DNA of 32,000 nucleotides from the sequence record JAQMWT010000697.1. One strand, given 5' to 3'. Shown one piece after another: positions 1-9,389 of the stretch. Every line of letters starts with the position of its first letter. The first letter of the stretch is position 1. The notes beneath the pieces were generated by a model, which saw nothing but the letters and a program-made list of their open reading frames with translations, was not told where the DNA came from and did not search any database. Both the position numbers and the translations under genes were made by a program.

Positions 1-54
1 TAATGATGTTCGGTTTAATTCGACCGGCTGTCTATTTGGATTTGGTCCCGCCAC
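1..54 (-). CDS. psbL: Photosystem II protein L, 5' part only (gene runs off the left edge)
   Basis: Minus-strand translation from GTG (54-52) gives (M)AGPNPNRQPVELNRTSL, the conserved PsbL N-terminus. GAGG lies 6 nt upstream at 64-61. Position after psbE-psbF matches the conserved psbEFLJ operon. Confidence 0.85.
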   Translation of the reverse strand, partial: MAGPNPNRQPVELNRTSL

Positions 55-64
55 AATATACCTC

Positions 65-196
65 CTATCGTTGAATAAATTGCATTGATGTAATTGCGCC
101 TAAGAAAAACACTGTTGGTACCGCTAATCCATGTATAGCTAACCAGCGAAATGTAAAAATTGGATAGGCTACTGGTTGATTTAAAATTTTAATCAT
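65..196 (-). CDS. psbF: Cytochrome b559 beta subunit (43 aa)
   Basis: Hand translation: [43 protein letters not shown], with the heme-ligand His and the conserved MQFIQR end. Lies directly downstream of psbE. Not in the ORF track because it is too short. Confidence 0.93.
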   Translation of the reverse strand: MIKILNQPVAYPIFTFRWLAIHGLAVPTVFFLGAITSMQFIQR

Positions 197-223
197 CTTG
201 ACAGTTTGGGAATAAAACAATAA

Positions 224-478
224 TTATAATCCTTTTGTTAAATCTTCAAGCTCTTGTTTAGCACTGAAACGATCATTGACCAATGGAATTTGTTGACGGT
301 CTTGTGAAAAATACTCGTTGGGGCGTGGAGTACCGAAAACGTCATAAGCAAGTCCTGTTGCAATGAATAACCAACCTGAAATAAATAATGACGGAATTGT
401 AATACTATGAATAATCCAATAACGCACACTTGTTATAATATCTGAAAATGGGCGTTCACCAGTAGAACCACCTGACAT
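224..478 (-). CDS. psbE: Cytochrome b559 alpha subunit (84 aa)
   Basis: ORF-track protein [32 protein letters not shown]... is a typical PsbE. ATG at 478-476. Confidence 0.97.
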   Translation of the reverse strand: MSGGSTGERPFSDIITSVRYWIIHSITIPSLFISGWLFIATGLAYDVFGTPRPNEYFSQDRQQIPLVNDRFSAKQELEDLTKGL

Positions 479-484
479 AGATAT

Positions 485-489
485 CTCCT
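485..489 (-). promoter_or_regulatory. Shine-Dalgarno-like AGGAG upstream of psbE
   Basis: Minus strand reads TAGGAGATATCT-ATG. AGGAG sits 6 nt before the psbE start. Confidence 0.5.
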
Positions 490-668
490 AAATTTTTATT
501 AATTATTACCGATTTTTAACAAGAAACAGTAAAACTTTATTGTATATACGTAAATAGCTAATATATTTAATATATTAAACATATTATACATTGTTTGTGT
601 TCGAAAATCCAAACAGTTTAGGTAATTTAAGAAACTATAAGAATTGAATAGGAAGAATATTCAAACTT

Positions 669-1700
669 TTAATTAAAAAACGACGTATCAGAAAGTAAGG
701 GTAAATTAAAAGTTATGTTAGTTTGACCATTTGAAAGTAATGTACGAACTTGTGTTTTCGGTTTTGCTCCTCTTAATAGTAAGTCTACTGCTTCGTTAAC
801 ATTTTCATAAATTGTCCACGATTTTAAGCTATTAATTTCTATTATCAAATTAAATGTTGAAGAAAATTTTCGCTCTAATATACTTTTTTTTGTATTTCGG
901 TTTCGTGCCTCCTGGTCACTCAAAGTTACTGATTGTATACCCCCAATAAGGTCCATTAAAATTGGGTTCCGTATTAAATTTTCAATGCAGTTACCATGAG
1001 CGGTTCCAATTAATTGAACCCCACGTTCTGCTATAGTGCGGGCGGACATAGCTTCTGTTTCTGTTCCAATTTCATCAATTATAATTATTTCAGGCATATG
1101 ATTTTCAACTGCTTCTATTAAACTTTGATATTGTAAATGAGAATCTTTGACTTGCAATCTTCGAGATAAGCCTACAGTAACATGTGGGACATCGTTATCC
1201 CCGGCAATTTCATTTGACGTGTCAACAATTACTACTCTTTTTTTTAGTTCATTTGATAAGATACGGGCAATTTCCCGAATAATTGTTGTTTTACCAATTC
1301 CTGGCCGCCCAAGTATTAAAATTGACTTGTTTGAAGTTAACAAATCGCGTATCCGATTTGTTAAACCTACGCTTGAACGCCCGACTCGACACGTTAACCC
1401 AATAATTTGGTCATCCCGATTTTTTAAGCAACTAATTCGATGTAAATTATCTTGCATACCTGCTCTGTTTTTATTATTAAAGTTATTAATTTTTGTTAAA
1501 CAAAAATTAATATCTTGTTTTGAAATAAAATGGGATGGTATTAATTCAACTCCCGATTGAAAGTGGATTTGTGGAAATCTTCCAAAATCGAATACAATTT
1601 CGGTTATTTCATTCAATTTAGGATGCTTTTTTAAAGAATTTTGAATAAAATCTGGAAATATATTTAGAAGTTCAAATAAGTCATCATTACATATAATCAT
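669..1700 (-). CDS. ycf45: Ycf45, conserved plastid P-loop ATPase (SpoIIIAA-like)
   Basis: 343-aa ORF with Walker A GRPGIGKTT and Walker B IIIIDEIGT. Overall pattern matches algal and cyanobacterial ycf45. Confidence 0.8.
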   Translation of the reverse strand: MIICNDDLFELLNIFPDFIQNSLKKHPKLNEITEIVFDFGRFPQIHFQSGVELIPSHFISKQDINFCLTKINNFNNKNRAGMQDNLHRISCLKNRDDQIIGLTCRVGRSSVGLTNRIRDLLTSNKSILILGRPGIGKTTIIREIARILSNELKKRVVIVDTSNEIAGDNDVPHVTVGLSRRLQVKDSHLQYQSLIEAVENHMPEIIIIDEIGTETEAMSARTIAERGVQLIGTAHGNCIENLIRNPILMDLIGGIQSVTLSDQEARNRNTKKSILERKFSSTFNLIIEINSLKSWTIYENVNEAVDLLLRGAKPKTQVRTLLSNGQTNITFNLPLLSDTSFFN

Positions 1701-1734
1701 AAATCTTTTAATTTATAGAAATAAAAATAAAAAA

Positions 1735-1762
1735 TTCAACTCTGTGCATTTTTGTTTATAAT
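1735..1762 (+). promoter_or_regulatory. Candidate sigma70-type promoter for psaA-psaB (TTCAAC-16 nt-TATAAT)
   Basis: TTCAAC at 1735-1740 and a perfect TATAAT at 1757-1762, about 100 nt upstream of the psaA ATG. AT-rich context makes chance matches likely. Confidence 0.3.
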
Positions 1763-1862
1763 ATAATATGAAAACTCATTTTGAAATAAGTCAAGATTGT
1801 GATAAAAGAGTTATTTAAAAAAGATGAGAGTTTCTAATTTCTGTTTTTTGTAAAACATTTAT

Positions 1863-4121
1863 ATGACAGTTAGCTCTAAGGAGCGCGAAGCGAAAAAAGT
1901 AAGAATCTTAGTTGATAGAGACGTAGTCGATACAAGTTTCGAAAAATGGGCAAAACCCGGACATTTTTCGAGAACACTTGCTAAAGGCCCCAAAACTACT
2001 ACTTGGATTTGGAATTTACACGCTGACGCACATGATTTTGATAGTCAAACGAATTCTTTAGAAGATATTTCTAGAAAAATATTTAGTGCACATTTTGGTC
2101 AACTGGCAATAATATTTTTCTGGGTAAGTGGAATGCATTTCCACGGTGCCTATTTTTCAAACTACTCGGCTTGGTTAGCAAATCCAACTAGTATAAAACC
2201 AAGTACACAAGTTGTATGGCCAATTGTAGGCCAAGAAATACTAAATGCAGATGTTGGGGGGAATTTTCAAGGTATCCAAATAACTTCTGGCTTTTTCCAA
2301 ATTTGGCGTGCTGAAGGTATTACCAGTGAAATTGAACTTTACTGGACTGCAATTGGTGGTTTAGTAATGTCTGGTTTAATGATTTTTGCAGGATGGTTCC
2401 ATTATCACAAAGCGGCACCTAAACTAGAATGGTTCCAAAATGCAGAATCAATGTTAAATCACCATTTATCTGTATTACTAGGTCTTGGGTCATTATCTTG
2501 GGCCGGGCATCAAATTCATATAGCCTTACCTATCAATAAATTATTAGATGCAGGAATTGCACCACAAGAAATTCCCTTGCCGCATGAATTTTTAATTAAT
2601 CGCGAACTTATGGCGCAACTTTATCCAAGCTTTGAGAAAGGTTTAGTACCTTTCTTTAGTGGGAATTGGGGAGCCTATTCTGATTTCTTAACATTCAAAG
2701 GCGGATTAAACCCTATTACTGGAGGTTTGTGGTTGAGCGACGTTGCCCATCATCATTTAGCTATTGCAGTTATCTTTATTTTCGCTGGGCATATGTACCG
2801 AACAAATTTTGGAATAGGCCACAGTATGAAGGAAATTCTGGAGGCACATAAAGGTCCTTTTACTGGTGAGGGTCACACGGGATTATATGAAATTTTAACA
2901 ACTTCATGGCATGCCCAATTAGCGATAAATTTAGCTATGCTAGGTTCGTTAACAATTATCATAGCACATCATATGTACGCGATGCCGCCCTATCCATATT
3001 TAGCAACAGATTACCCGACACAATTATGTATTTTTACACACCATATGTGGATCGGGGCGTTTTGTATTGTTGGTGCCGCCGCACATGCCGGGATTTTTTT
3101 AGTACGTGATTATAATCCAACAAACAATTATAATAACCTGTTAGATCGTGTTCTTAGACATAGGGATGCAATTATCTCACATTTAAATTGGGTATGTATA
3201 TTTTTAGGCTTCCATAGTTTTGGATTGTATATACATAACGATACTATGCGTGCTTTGGGTCGCCCACAAGATATGTTCTCTGATAAGGCTATTCAGTTAC
3301 AGCCTATATTTGCTCAGTGGGTTCAAAATACCCATACTATAGCTGCGGGTAGTACTGCACCTAATGCCCTAACAACTGCAAGTTATGCTTTTGGTGGAGA
3401 TGTTATCTCGATTGGTTCAAAAATTGCGATGATGCCAATTAAATTAGGTACAGCAGATTTTATGGTACATCACATTCATGCGTTCACAATTCATGTGACG
3501 GTATTAATTCTTTTAAAAGGTGTACTATTTTCTCGTAATTCAAAACTAATACCGGATAAAGCGAACCTAGGTTTTGTATTTCCGTGTGATGGTCCTGGAC
3601 GTGGTGGTACTTGTCAAGTATCTGCGTGGGATAGCGTTTTCTTAGGATTATTTTGGATGTATAATTGTATTTCGGTTGTACTATTCCATTTTAGCTGGAA
3701 AATGCAATCTGATGTGTGGGGTACTGTTAGCCCAGATGGAGCAGTTTCACATATTGTTGGTGGAAATTTTGCTCAAAGCGCAATTACAATTAATGGATGG
3801 TTACGTGATTTCTTATGGTCACAAGCTTCACAAGTAATTCAATCTTACGGTTCTGCTTTATCTGCATACGGTTTAATTTTCTTAGGAGCTCATTGGTTAT
3901 GGGCATTTAGCTTAATGTTCCTATTTAGTGGTCGAGGCTATTGGCAAGAACTTATTGAATCTGTTCTTTGGGCACATAATAAACTAAAATTCGCGCCTGC
4001 AATTCAACCACGTGCTTTAAGTATTACTCAGGGTCGTTTAGTGGGACTGTCTCAATATTTATTAGGCGGAATTGGAACAACATGGGCATTTTTCCATGCT
4101 CGAATTATATCTGTTGGATAA
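1863..4121 (+). CDS. psaA: Photosystem I P700 apoprotein A1 (752 aa)
   Basis: Full-length PsaA with the [14 protein letters not shown]-binding loop and the conserved C-terminal helices. Confidence 0.99.
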   Translation: MTVSSKEREAKKVRILVDRDVVDTSFEKWAKPGHFSRTLAKGPKTTTWIWNLHADAHDFDSQTNSLEDISRKIFSAHFGQLAIIFFWVSGMHFHGAYFSNYSAWLANPTSIKPSTQVVWPIVGQEILNADVGGNFQGIQITSGFFQIWRAEGITSEIELYWTAIGGLVMSGLMIFAGWFHYHKAAPKLEWFQNAESMLNHHLSVLLGLGSLSWAGHQIHIALPINKLLDAGIAPQEIPLPHEFLINRELMAQLYPSFEKGLVPFFSGNWGAYSDFLTFKGGLNPITGGLWLSDVAHHHLAIAVIFIFAGHMYRTNFGIGHSMKEILEAHKGPFTGEGHTGLYEILTTSWHAQLAINLAMLGSLTIIIAHHMYAMPPYPYLATDYPTQLCIFTHHMWIGAFCIVGAAAHAGIFLVRDYNPTNNYNNLLDRVLRHRDAIISHLNWVCIFLGFHSFGLYIHNDTMRALGRPQDMFSDKAIQLQPIFAQWVQNTHTIAAGSTAPNALTTASYAFGGDVISIGSKIAMMPIKLGTADFMVHHIHAFTIHVTVLILLKGVLFSRNSKLIPDKANLGFVFPCDGPGRGGTCQVSAWDSVFLGLFWMYNCISVVLFHFSWKMQSDVWGTVSPDGAVSHIVGGNFAQSAITINGWLRDFLWSQASQVIQSYGSALSAYGLIFLGAHWLWAFSLMFLFSGRGYWQELIESVLWAHNKLKFAPAIQPRALSITQGRLVGLSQYLLGGIGTTWAFFHARIISVG

Positions 4122-4145
4122 AAAGACATTGATAAAATAAAAATT

Positions 4146-6350
4146 ATGGCAACAAAATTTCCTAAATTTAGTCAAGCACTTGCTCAAGATCCAGCAACAC
4201 GCCGTATTTGGTATGGAATTGCAACAGCTCATGATCTTGAAGCACACGACAATATGACTGAAGAAAGTTTATATCAAAAAATATTCGCTTCACACTTTGG
4301 TCATTTAGCAATTATTTTCCTATGGACATCTGGTAATCTATTTCATGTGGCATGGCAAGGTAACTTTGAACAATGGATTCAAAACCCATTAAAAGTAAAA
4401 CCGATTGCACATGCAATTTGGGATCCGCATTTTGGTGAACCTGCATTAAAGGCATTTACAAAAGGTGGACTATCTTATCCAGGTAATATTGCATATTCAG
4501 GTGTTTATCATTGGTGGTACACTATAGGTATGCGTACTAACAACCAACTATATATGGGCTCAATATTTTTATTAGGGCTTTCTGCAGTGCTACTTTACGC
4601 AGGTTGGTTACATTTACAACCAAAATTCAGACCAAGTTTATCATGGTTTAAAGACAATGAATCCCGTTTGAACCATCATTTATCGGGGTTATTCGGTTTT
4701 AGTTCAATTGCATGGACCGGACATTTAGTACATGTCGCAATTCCGGCTTCACGTGGTATTCGTGTTGGTTGGGATAATTTCTTAATTACTCTACCACATC
4801 CCCAAGGGTTAACACCTTTCTTTACTGGAAATTGGGGAGCATATGCTGAAAATCCAGATACTAAAGAGCAAATTTTTAATACGACTACAGGCGCTGGTAC
4901 TGCAATTTTAACGTTTGTAGGAGGTTTTCACCCTCAAACTCAGTCGTTATGGTTAACCGATATCGCACACCACCATTTAGCGATTGGGGTAGTTTTTGTT
5001 TTTGCTGGGCATATGTATCGAACAAATTTTGGGATCGGGCATAGTTTGAAAGAAATTTTAGAAGCACATCGTGCACCTGAAAATCGTTTAGGGGCGGGAC
5101 ACGTTGGTTTATTTGAGACTATAACAGATTCATTACATATGCAGCTAGGGTTAGCATTAGCCTCTTTAGGTGTAGCAACTTCATTAGTTGCACAACATAT
5201 GTATGCTTTGCCTGCTTATGCTTTTATTTCAAAAGACTTTGTGACACAAGCCGCATTATATACACATCATCAGTATATTGCCGGATTCTTAATGTTAGGA
5301 GCTTTCGCGCATGGTGCTATCTTTTTCGTTCGTGATTACGATCCCGAATTAAATAAAGATAATGTTCTAGCCCGTATGTTAGAGCATAAAGAAGCAATAA
5401 TCTCACATTTAAGTTGGGTGAGCTTATTCTTAGGGTTCCACACATTAGGACTTTATATTCATAACGACACTGTTGTTGCGTTTGGTCAACCAGAAAAACA
5501 AATTCTAGTTGAGCCTGTATTTGCCCAATGGATACAAGCAGCATCTGGTAAAGCATTGTATGGTTTTAATACACTACTATCGTCAAATGAAAGTCCCGCA
5601 ACCTTAGCAAGTCGTAACATTTGGTTACCAGGATGGACAGAAGCGATTAATAGTGATAAAAATTCTTTATTTTTAACTATTGGGCCAGGTGATTTTTTAG
5701 TTCATCATGCAATAGCATTAGCATTACATACAACAACTTTAATCTTAGTAAAAGGAGCATTAGATGCTCGAGGATCAAAGTTAATGCCAGACAAAAAAGA
5801 TTTTGGCTATAGTTTCCCTTGTGATGGTCCAGGTCGTGGTGGGACTTGTGATATTTCAGCTTGGGATGCTTTTTATTTAGCAACATTTTGGATGCTTAAT
5901 ACAATTGGCTGGGTAACTTTCTATTGGCATTGGAAACATATAACTTTATGGCAAGGTAATACAGCCCAATTTAATGAATCATCAAATTACTTAATGGGTT
6001 GGTTACGTGATTATTTATGGTTAAATTCATCACCATTAATTAATGGTTATAACCCAATGGGTATGAATAACTTAGCTGTGTGGGCATGGATGTTTTTATT
6101 TGCACATTTAGTTTGGGCAACAGGATTTATGTTCTTAATTTCATGGCGTGGTTATTGGCAAGAGCTTATTGAAACTTTAGTTTGGGCACATGAGCGTACT
6201 CCATTAGCAAATTTGGTTAAATGGCGTGATAAGCCTGTAGCTTTATCAATTGTTCAAGCCCGACTAGTTGGTTTAGTACATTTTACAGTTGGTTATATTT
6301 TCACTTATGCCGCATTTGTAATTGCATCTACAGCAGGTAAATTTGGTTAG
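4146..6350 (+). CDS. psaB: Photosystem I P700 apoprotein A2 (734 aa)
   Basis: Full-length PsaB with [18 protein letters not shown]. Starts 24 nt after psaA, the conserved operon arrangement. Confidence 0.99.
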   Translation: MATKFPKFSQALAQDPATRRIWYGIATAHDLEAHDNMTEESLYQKIFASHFGHLAIIFLWTSGNLFHVAWQGNFEQWIQNPLKVKPIAHAIWDPHFGEPALKAFTKGGLSYPGNIAYSGVYHWWYTIGMRTNNQLYMGSIFLLGLSAVLLYAGWLHLQPKFRPSLSWFKDNESRLNHHLSGLFGFSSIAWTGHLVHVAIPASRGIRVGWDNFLITLPHPQGLTPFFTGNWGAYAENPDTKEQIFNTTTGAGTAILTFVGGFHPQTQSLWLTDIAHHHLAIGVVFVFAGHMYRTNFGIGHSLKEILEAHRAPENRLGAGHVGLFETITDSLHMQLGLALASLGVATSLVAQHMYALPAYAFISKDFVTQAALYTHHQYIAGFLMLGAFAHGAIFFVRDYDPELNKDNVLARMLEHKEAIISHLSWVSLFLGFHTLGLYIHNDTVVAFGQPEKQILVEPVFAQWIQAASGKALYGFNTLLSSNESPATLASRNIWLPGWTEAINSDKNSLFLTIGPGDFLVHHAIALALHTTTLILVKGALDARGSKLMPDKKDFGYSFPCDGPGRGGTCDISAWDAFYLATFWMLNTIGWVTFYWHWKHITLWQGNTAQFNESSNYLMGWLRDYLWLNSSPLINGYNPMGMNNLAVWAWMFLFAHLVWATGFMFLISWRGYWQELIETLVWAHERTPLANLVKWRDKPVALSIVQARLVGLVHFTVGYIFTYAAFVIASTAGKFG

Positions 6351-6375
6351 AAATTTATTTTATTGTATATTTTGA

Positions 6376-6411
6376 AAACTCAGGGTTGTAAATATATATA
6401 ACCCTGAGTTT
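6376..6411 (+). terminator. psaB 3' stem-loop (12-bp perfect stem, 12-nt loop)
   Basis: AAACTCAGGGTT (6376-6387) pairs with AACCCTGAGTTT (6400-6411). Lies 26 nt after the psaB stop. Confidence 0.6.
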
Positions 6412-6749
6412 GTTTATATTAATAAATTACTTATATTTTTACTTTTGATACTATAAAAATAAACTTGAGTCTAATAAATTTTGGCTGGGATATGTATACA
6501 CTATATAAAACTCTATTTAATTTTTTATAATGTTATTTGTAGTGACTCTCTTTGGAAATTTTCACAAAAAAACAATGCATGCAGAGTCATGAAACATGAA
6601 TGTAGATGCAATTCAAATATATAACATATAAACCTGAAGACTTTTCTAAAAAGTTTTTTTTGATAAACTTCACGACCGGTTTCTTTTTTTGTGATCTTGT
6701 GTATACGTAAATTAGACCGTTGAGTATAAGAAATTAGAAAAAGAATAAG

Positions 6750-6773
6750 GTGTAGTCTATAAAAAGACTACAC
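6750..6773 (-). terminator. psbA 3' stem-loop (9-bp perfect stem, 6-nt loop)
   Basis: GTGTAGTCT (6750-6758) pairs with AGACTACAC (6765-6773). Lies 20 nt downstream of the psbA stop on the minus strand. Confidence 0.55.
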
Positions 6774-6792
6774 ATGTTAGATTAGTATTAAC

Positions 6793-7854
6793 TTATCCAA
6801 CGAAAACAGGAGCTTCTACAGCTGCTAAATCTAATGGGAAGTTATGTGCGTTACGCTCATGCATTACTTCCATACCTAAGTCAGCACGGTTTACGATATC
6901 AGCCCATGTGTTGATTACACGACCTTGGCTGTCAACTACTGATTGGTTGAAGTTGAAACCATTTAAGTTGAATGCCATTGTACTTACACCTAAAGCTGTT
7001 AACCAGATACCAGCAACTGGCCATAAAGCTAAGAAGAAGTGTAATGCACGTGAGTTGTTGAAACTTGCATATTGGAAGATTAAACGACCAAAGTAACCGT
7101 GAGCAGCTACGATGTTGTAAGTTTCTTCCTCTTGACCGAATTTGTATCCGTTGTTTGTTGATTCAGTCTCGCTTGTTTCACGGATTAAACTAGAAGTTAC
7201 TAATGAACCGTGCATTGCAGAGAATAAAGAACCACCAAATACACCAGCAACACCAGCCATGTGGAATGGGTGCATTAAGATGTTGTGCTCAGCTTGGAAT
7301 ACTAACATGAAGTTGAAAGTACCAGAAATACCTAAAGGCATACCATCAGAGAAAGAACCTTGACCGATAGGGTATACTAAGAATACCGCTGAAGCAGCTG
7401 CTACTGGAGCAGAGAATGCTACGAAGATCCAAGGACGCATACCTAAACGGTAGCTTAATTCCCACTCACGACCCATGTAAGCAGCAACGCCTAATAAGAA
7501 GTGTAATACGATTAATTGGTAAGGTCCACCGTTGTATAACCACTCATCTAAAGAAGCAGCTTCCCAGATTGGGTAGAAGTGAACACCAATAGCGTTTGAA
7601 CTTGGAACTACAGCACCTGAGATGATGTTGTTACCGTACATTAAAGAACCAGCAACTGGCTCACGAATTCCATCGATATCAACTGGCGGTGCAGCAACGA
7701 ATGCGATGATGAAACAAGTTGTAGCAGTTAATAATGTAGGGATCATTAAACAACCAAACCAACCGATGTATAAACGGTTTTCTGTGCTAGTAACCCATGC
7801 GCAGAAGCGCTCCCATAAACTTGCGCTTGCGCGCTTTTCTAAAGTTGCAGTCAT
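6793..7854 (-). CDS. psbA: Photosystem II reaction-centre protein D1 (353 codons)
   Basis: Canonical D1 sequence throughout. Ends ...[13 protein letters not shown]|AVEAPVFVG. Confidence 0.99.
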   Translation of the reverse strand: MTATLEKRASASLWERFCAWVTSTENRLYIGWFGCLMIPTLLTATTCFIIAFVAAPPVDIDGIREPVAGSLMYGNNIISGAVVPSSNAIGVHFYPIWEAASLDEWLYNGGPYQLIVLHFLLGVAAYMGREWELSYRLGMRPWIFVAFSAPVAAASAVFLVYPIGQGSFSDGMPLGISGTFNFMLVFQAEHNILMHPFHMAGVAGVFGGSLFSAMHGSLVTSSLIRETSETESTNNGYKFGQEEETYNIVAAHGYFGRLIFQYASFNNSRALHFFLALWPVAGIWLTALGVSTMAFNLNGFNFNQSVVDSQGRVINTWADIVNRADLGMEVMHERNAHNFPLDLAAVEAPVFVG

Positions 7855-7905
7855 AATAATTTTTTTAATTTAATTTATAATTCCCAGGCTTGCCTGTTAC
7901 TTTAT

Positions 7906-7935
7906 ATTATAAAACAATTTATTGAATTTGACCAA
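7906..7935 (-). promoter_or_regulatory. Candidate psbA promoter (TTGGTC-18 nt-TATAAT on the minus strand)
   Basis: Minus strand has -35 TTGGTC (7935-7930), an 18-nt spacer and a perfect TATAAT (7911-7906), about 50 nt upstream of the ATG. Layout resembles known psbA promoters. Confidence 0.35.
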
Positions 7936-8451
7936 AAAAATATTTTGCTATTAGTGATATATTTTTTTACGAATAATATAATTGTATGCAATATATTATT
8001 AAGTTTAATAATTAACAAACTAAAATTTTATGGTCTCTCAATTGTTTATAAAATTCTCATACAAATCAAGCAATACTTTTAATGATCAAGAATTCTAATT
8101 TGAGTTTTTAGTGATTTCTAACGGGTAAATATTATTAAAAATGGTTAAGTGGATATTTTGTATACAGTTGATTTTATAATTAGTTTTATTTATTTTTTGA
8201 TTCAATAATCTTCAATTCAATTTTTAAAAATTATATAGTATTAATGTAATTTTTTTTATCATTAAATTAAATAAATATTTAACTATTTTTAATTAGTTAA
8301 AGAATTTAATGTATTATTATTTTTTATTAATGTTAAGATTTCAATTTTTATATTGGAGAATATAAAAGTTTAATAGAACAATAAATAGTTTACGGATTTT
8401 TCTAAATACATTTAATTGCAATTTATAATCAAAAAAGTTATAATTGAAGTT

Positions 8452-8525
8452 AAGTACGTAGCTCAGTGGACTAGAGCGTTAGACTCCGAATCTAAAAGGC
8501 AGGGGTTCAAATCCCCTCGTACTTA
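8452..8525 (+). tRNA. trnR: tRNA-Arg (CCG)
   Basis: Manual cloverleaf: AAGTACG/CGTACTT acceptor, anticodon arm TTAGA-CTCCGAA-TCTAA, T arm AGGGG-TTCAAAT-CCCCT. 74 nt. Confidence 0.9.
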
Positions 8526-8592
8526 AAACCTATACGCGACGAATAAAACAGGGTTATTATTTTTATTTGTCATGATAGTTTAGTTTAATAAT

Positions 8593-8615
8593 TTACCAAT
8601 TTCTTAAATTGGTAA
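8593..8615 (+). terminator. 10-bp perfect hairpin (3-nt loop) between trnR(CCG) and the CAU tRNA
   Basis: TTACCAATTT (8593-8602) pairs with AAATTGGTAA (8606-8615). Ends 8 nt before the 5' end of the next tRNA. Function (processing or termination) not established. Confidence 0.35.
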
Positions 8616-8623
8616 GCATAATT

Positions 8624-8707
8624 GCATCTGTGGCCGAGCGGTCGAAGGCAGCGGACTCATAATCCGTTTTCGTAAGAACACCACTGGTTCAAACCCAGTC
8701 AGATGCA
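8624..8707 (+). tRNA. 84-nt tRNA with a CAU anticodon and a long (15-nt) variable arm; amino-acid identity unresolved
   Basis: Perfect acceptor GCATCTG/CAGATGC with A73. D arm TGGCCGAGCGGTCGAAGGC is Ser/Tyr-type. Anticodon arm GCGGA-CTCATAA-TCCGT puts CAT at 8658-8660. Variable region is TTTCGTAAGAACACC. T arm is ACTGG-TTCAAAC-CCAGT. Confidence 0.85.
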
Positions 8708-8766
8708 TATCTAATTTAGTTAGGGTGTAATAATTAGCAATATATTACATTAAGTCTTTTGAGTTC

Positions 8767-8814
8767 TTTTGTAATCAAAATAAAATGTAGATATATTTTA
8801 TTTTGATTACAAAA
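8767..8814. terminator. 20-bp perfect stem-loop between the convergent tRNA cluster and rps14
   Basis: TTTTGTAATCAAAATAAAAT (8767-8786) pairs with ATTTTATTTTGATTACAAAA (8795-8814), with an 8-nt loop. Placed where transcripts from both strands would end. Confidence 0.6.
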
Positions 8815-8958
8815 TGCAACTTAAATAAGTGGTATTTAGTTATTATTTTAAATTTTCCTTTATTCATTTTTTTAGCTCTCCGCTGTGAAAAAAAATACTA
8901 AATTGTCCTCAGTTAAAATTTAGCATATAAAGATAAGGAAAATAAGATTTAATGTTGA

Positions 8959-9261
8959 TTACCAACTCGATTTTCGAATTCCTGGCAATAACCCCTCATA
9001 TGACATTTCTCTTAAAACATGCCGAGATAATCCAAAGTCACGATAAACGGCCCGACTTCTGCCTGTTTTCCAACAACGATTCCTTAATCTATTCTTAGCA
9101 CTATTACGGGGTAATTTTTGCAATTTTTCTTGTATTTCTAGTTTAGAAGTATATGGCTTCCGAATTTTTAATTCGGAAAGCAATACTTTTCGCTTTTCTT
9201 TATATTTTTCAAATAGTTTTTCTCTTTTTAATTCACGTTGAATTGAACTTTTCTTAGCCAT
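8959..9261 (-). CDS. rps14: 30S ribosomal protein S14 (100 aa)
   Basis: [16 protein letters not shown]... with the C-terminal ...[21 protein letters not shown] typical of S14. Confidence 0.96.
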   Translation of the reverse strand: MAKKSSIQRELKREKLFEKYKEKRKVLLSELKIRKPYTSKLEIQEKLQKLPRNSAKNRLRNRCWKTGRSRAVYRDFGLSRHVLREMSYEGLLPGIRKSSW

Positions 9262-9389
9262 CTATATCTGAATATTATGAATAACAATACCTAATTTACC
9301 AACACAATAAAAATAAATCAACAGAGAAAAATTACAAATCTTAATATGGGTTATTAAAAATTTACACTTTTATAAAACGAATAAGTTTT

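Noticed and set aside
1147-1560. 137-aa ORF on the plus strand
   Set aside because: It is entirely antisense to the well-supported ycf45 CDS and has no recognisable motifs. This is a typical shadow ORF.
2109-2114. Possible AUA codon reassignment linked to the odd CAU tRNA
   Set aside because: ATA-ATA here encodes the conserved Ile-Ile of PsaA (..GQLAIIF..), and the other conserved genes read normally with the standard bacterial/plastid code.
6908-7873. Three plus-strand ORFs (62-83 aa) inside the psbA locus, and similar antisense ORFs inside psaA, psaB, ycf39, cbbX, atpI and atpG
   Set aside because: They lie on the strand opposite highly conserved genes and have no independent support.
7855-8451. 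About 600-bp extremely AT-rich spacer upstream of psbA (with similar long spacers at 20003-20687 and 22663-23430), considered as a possible replication origin, hidden gene or repeat array
   Set aside because: By eye I found no tandem or dispersed repeats, no tRNA-like or structured GC-rich core, and no ORF above about 25 codons. The sequence is best explained as promoter and 5'-UTR space between divergent or serial units.
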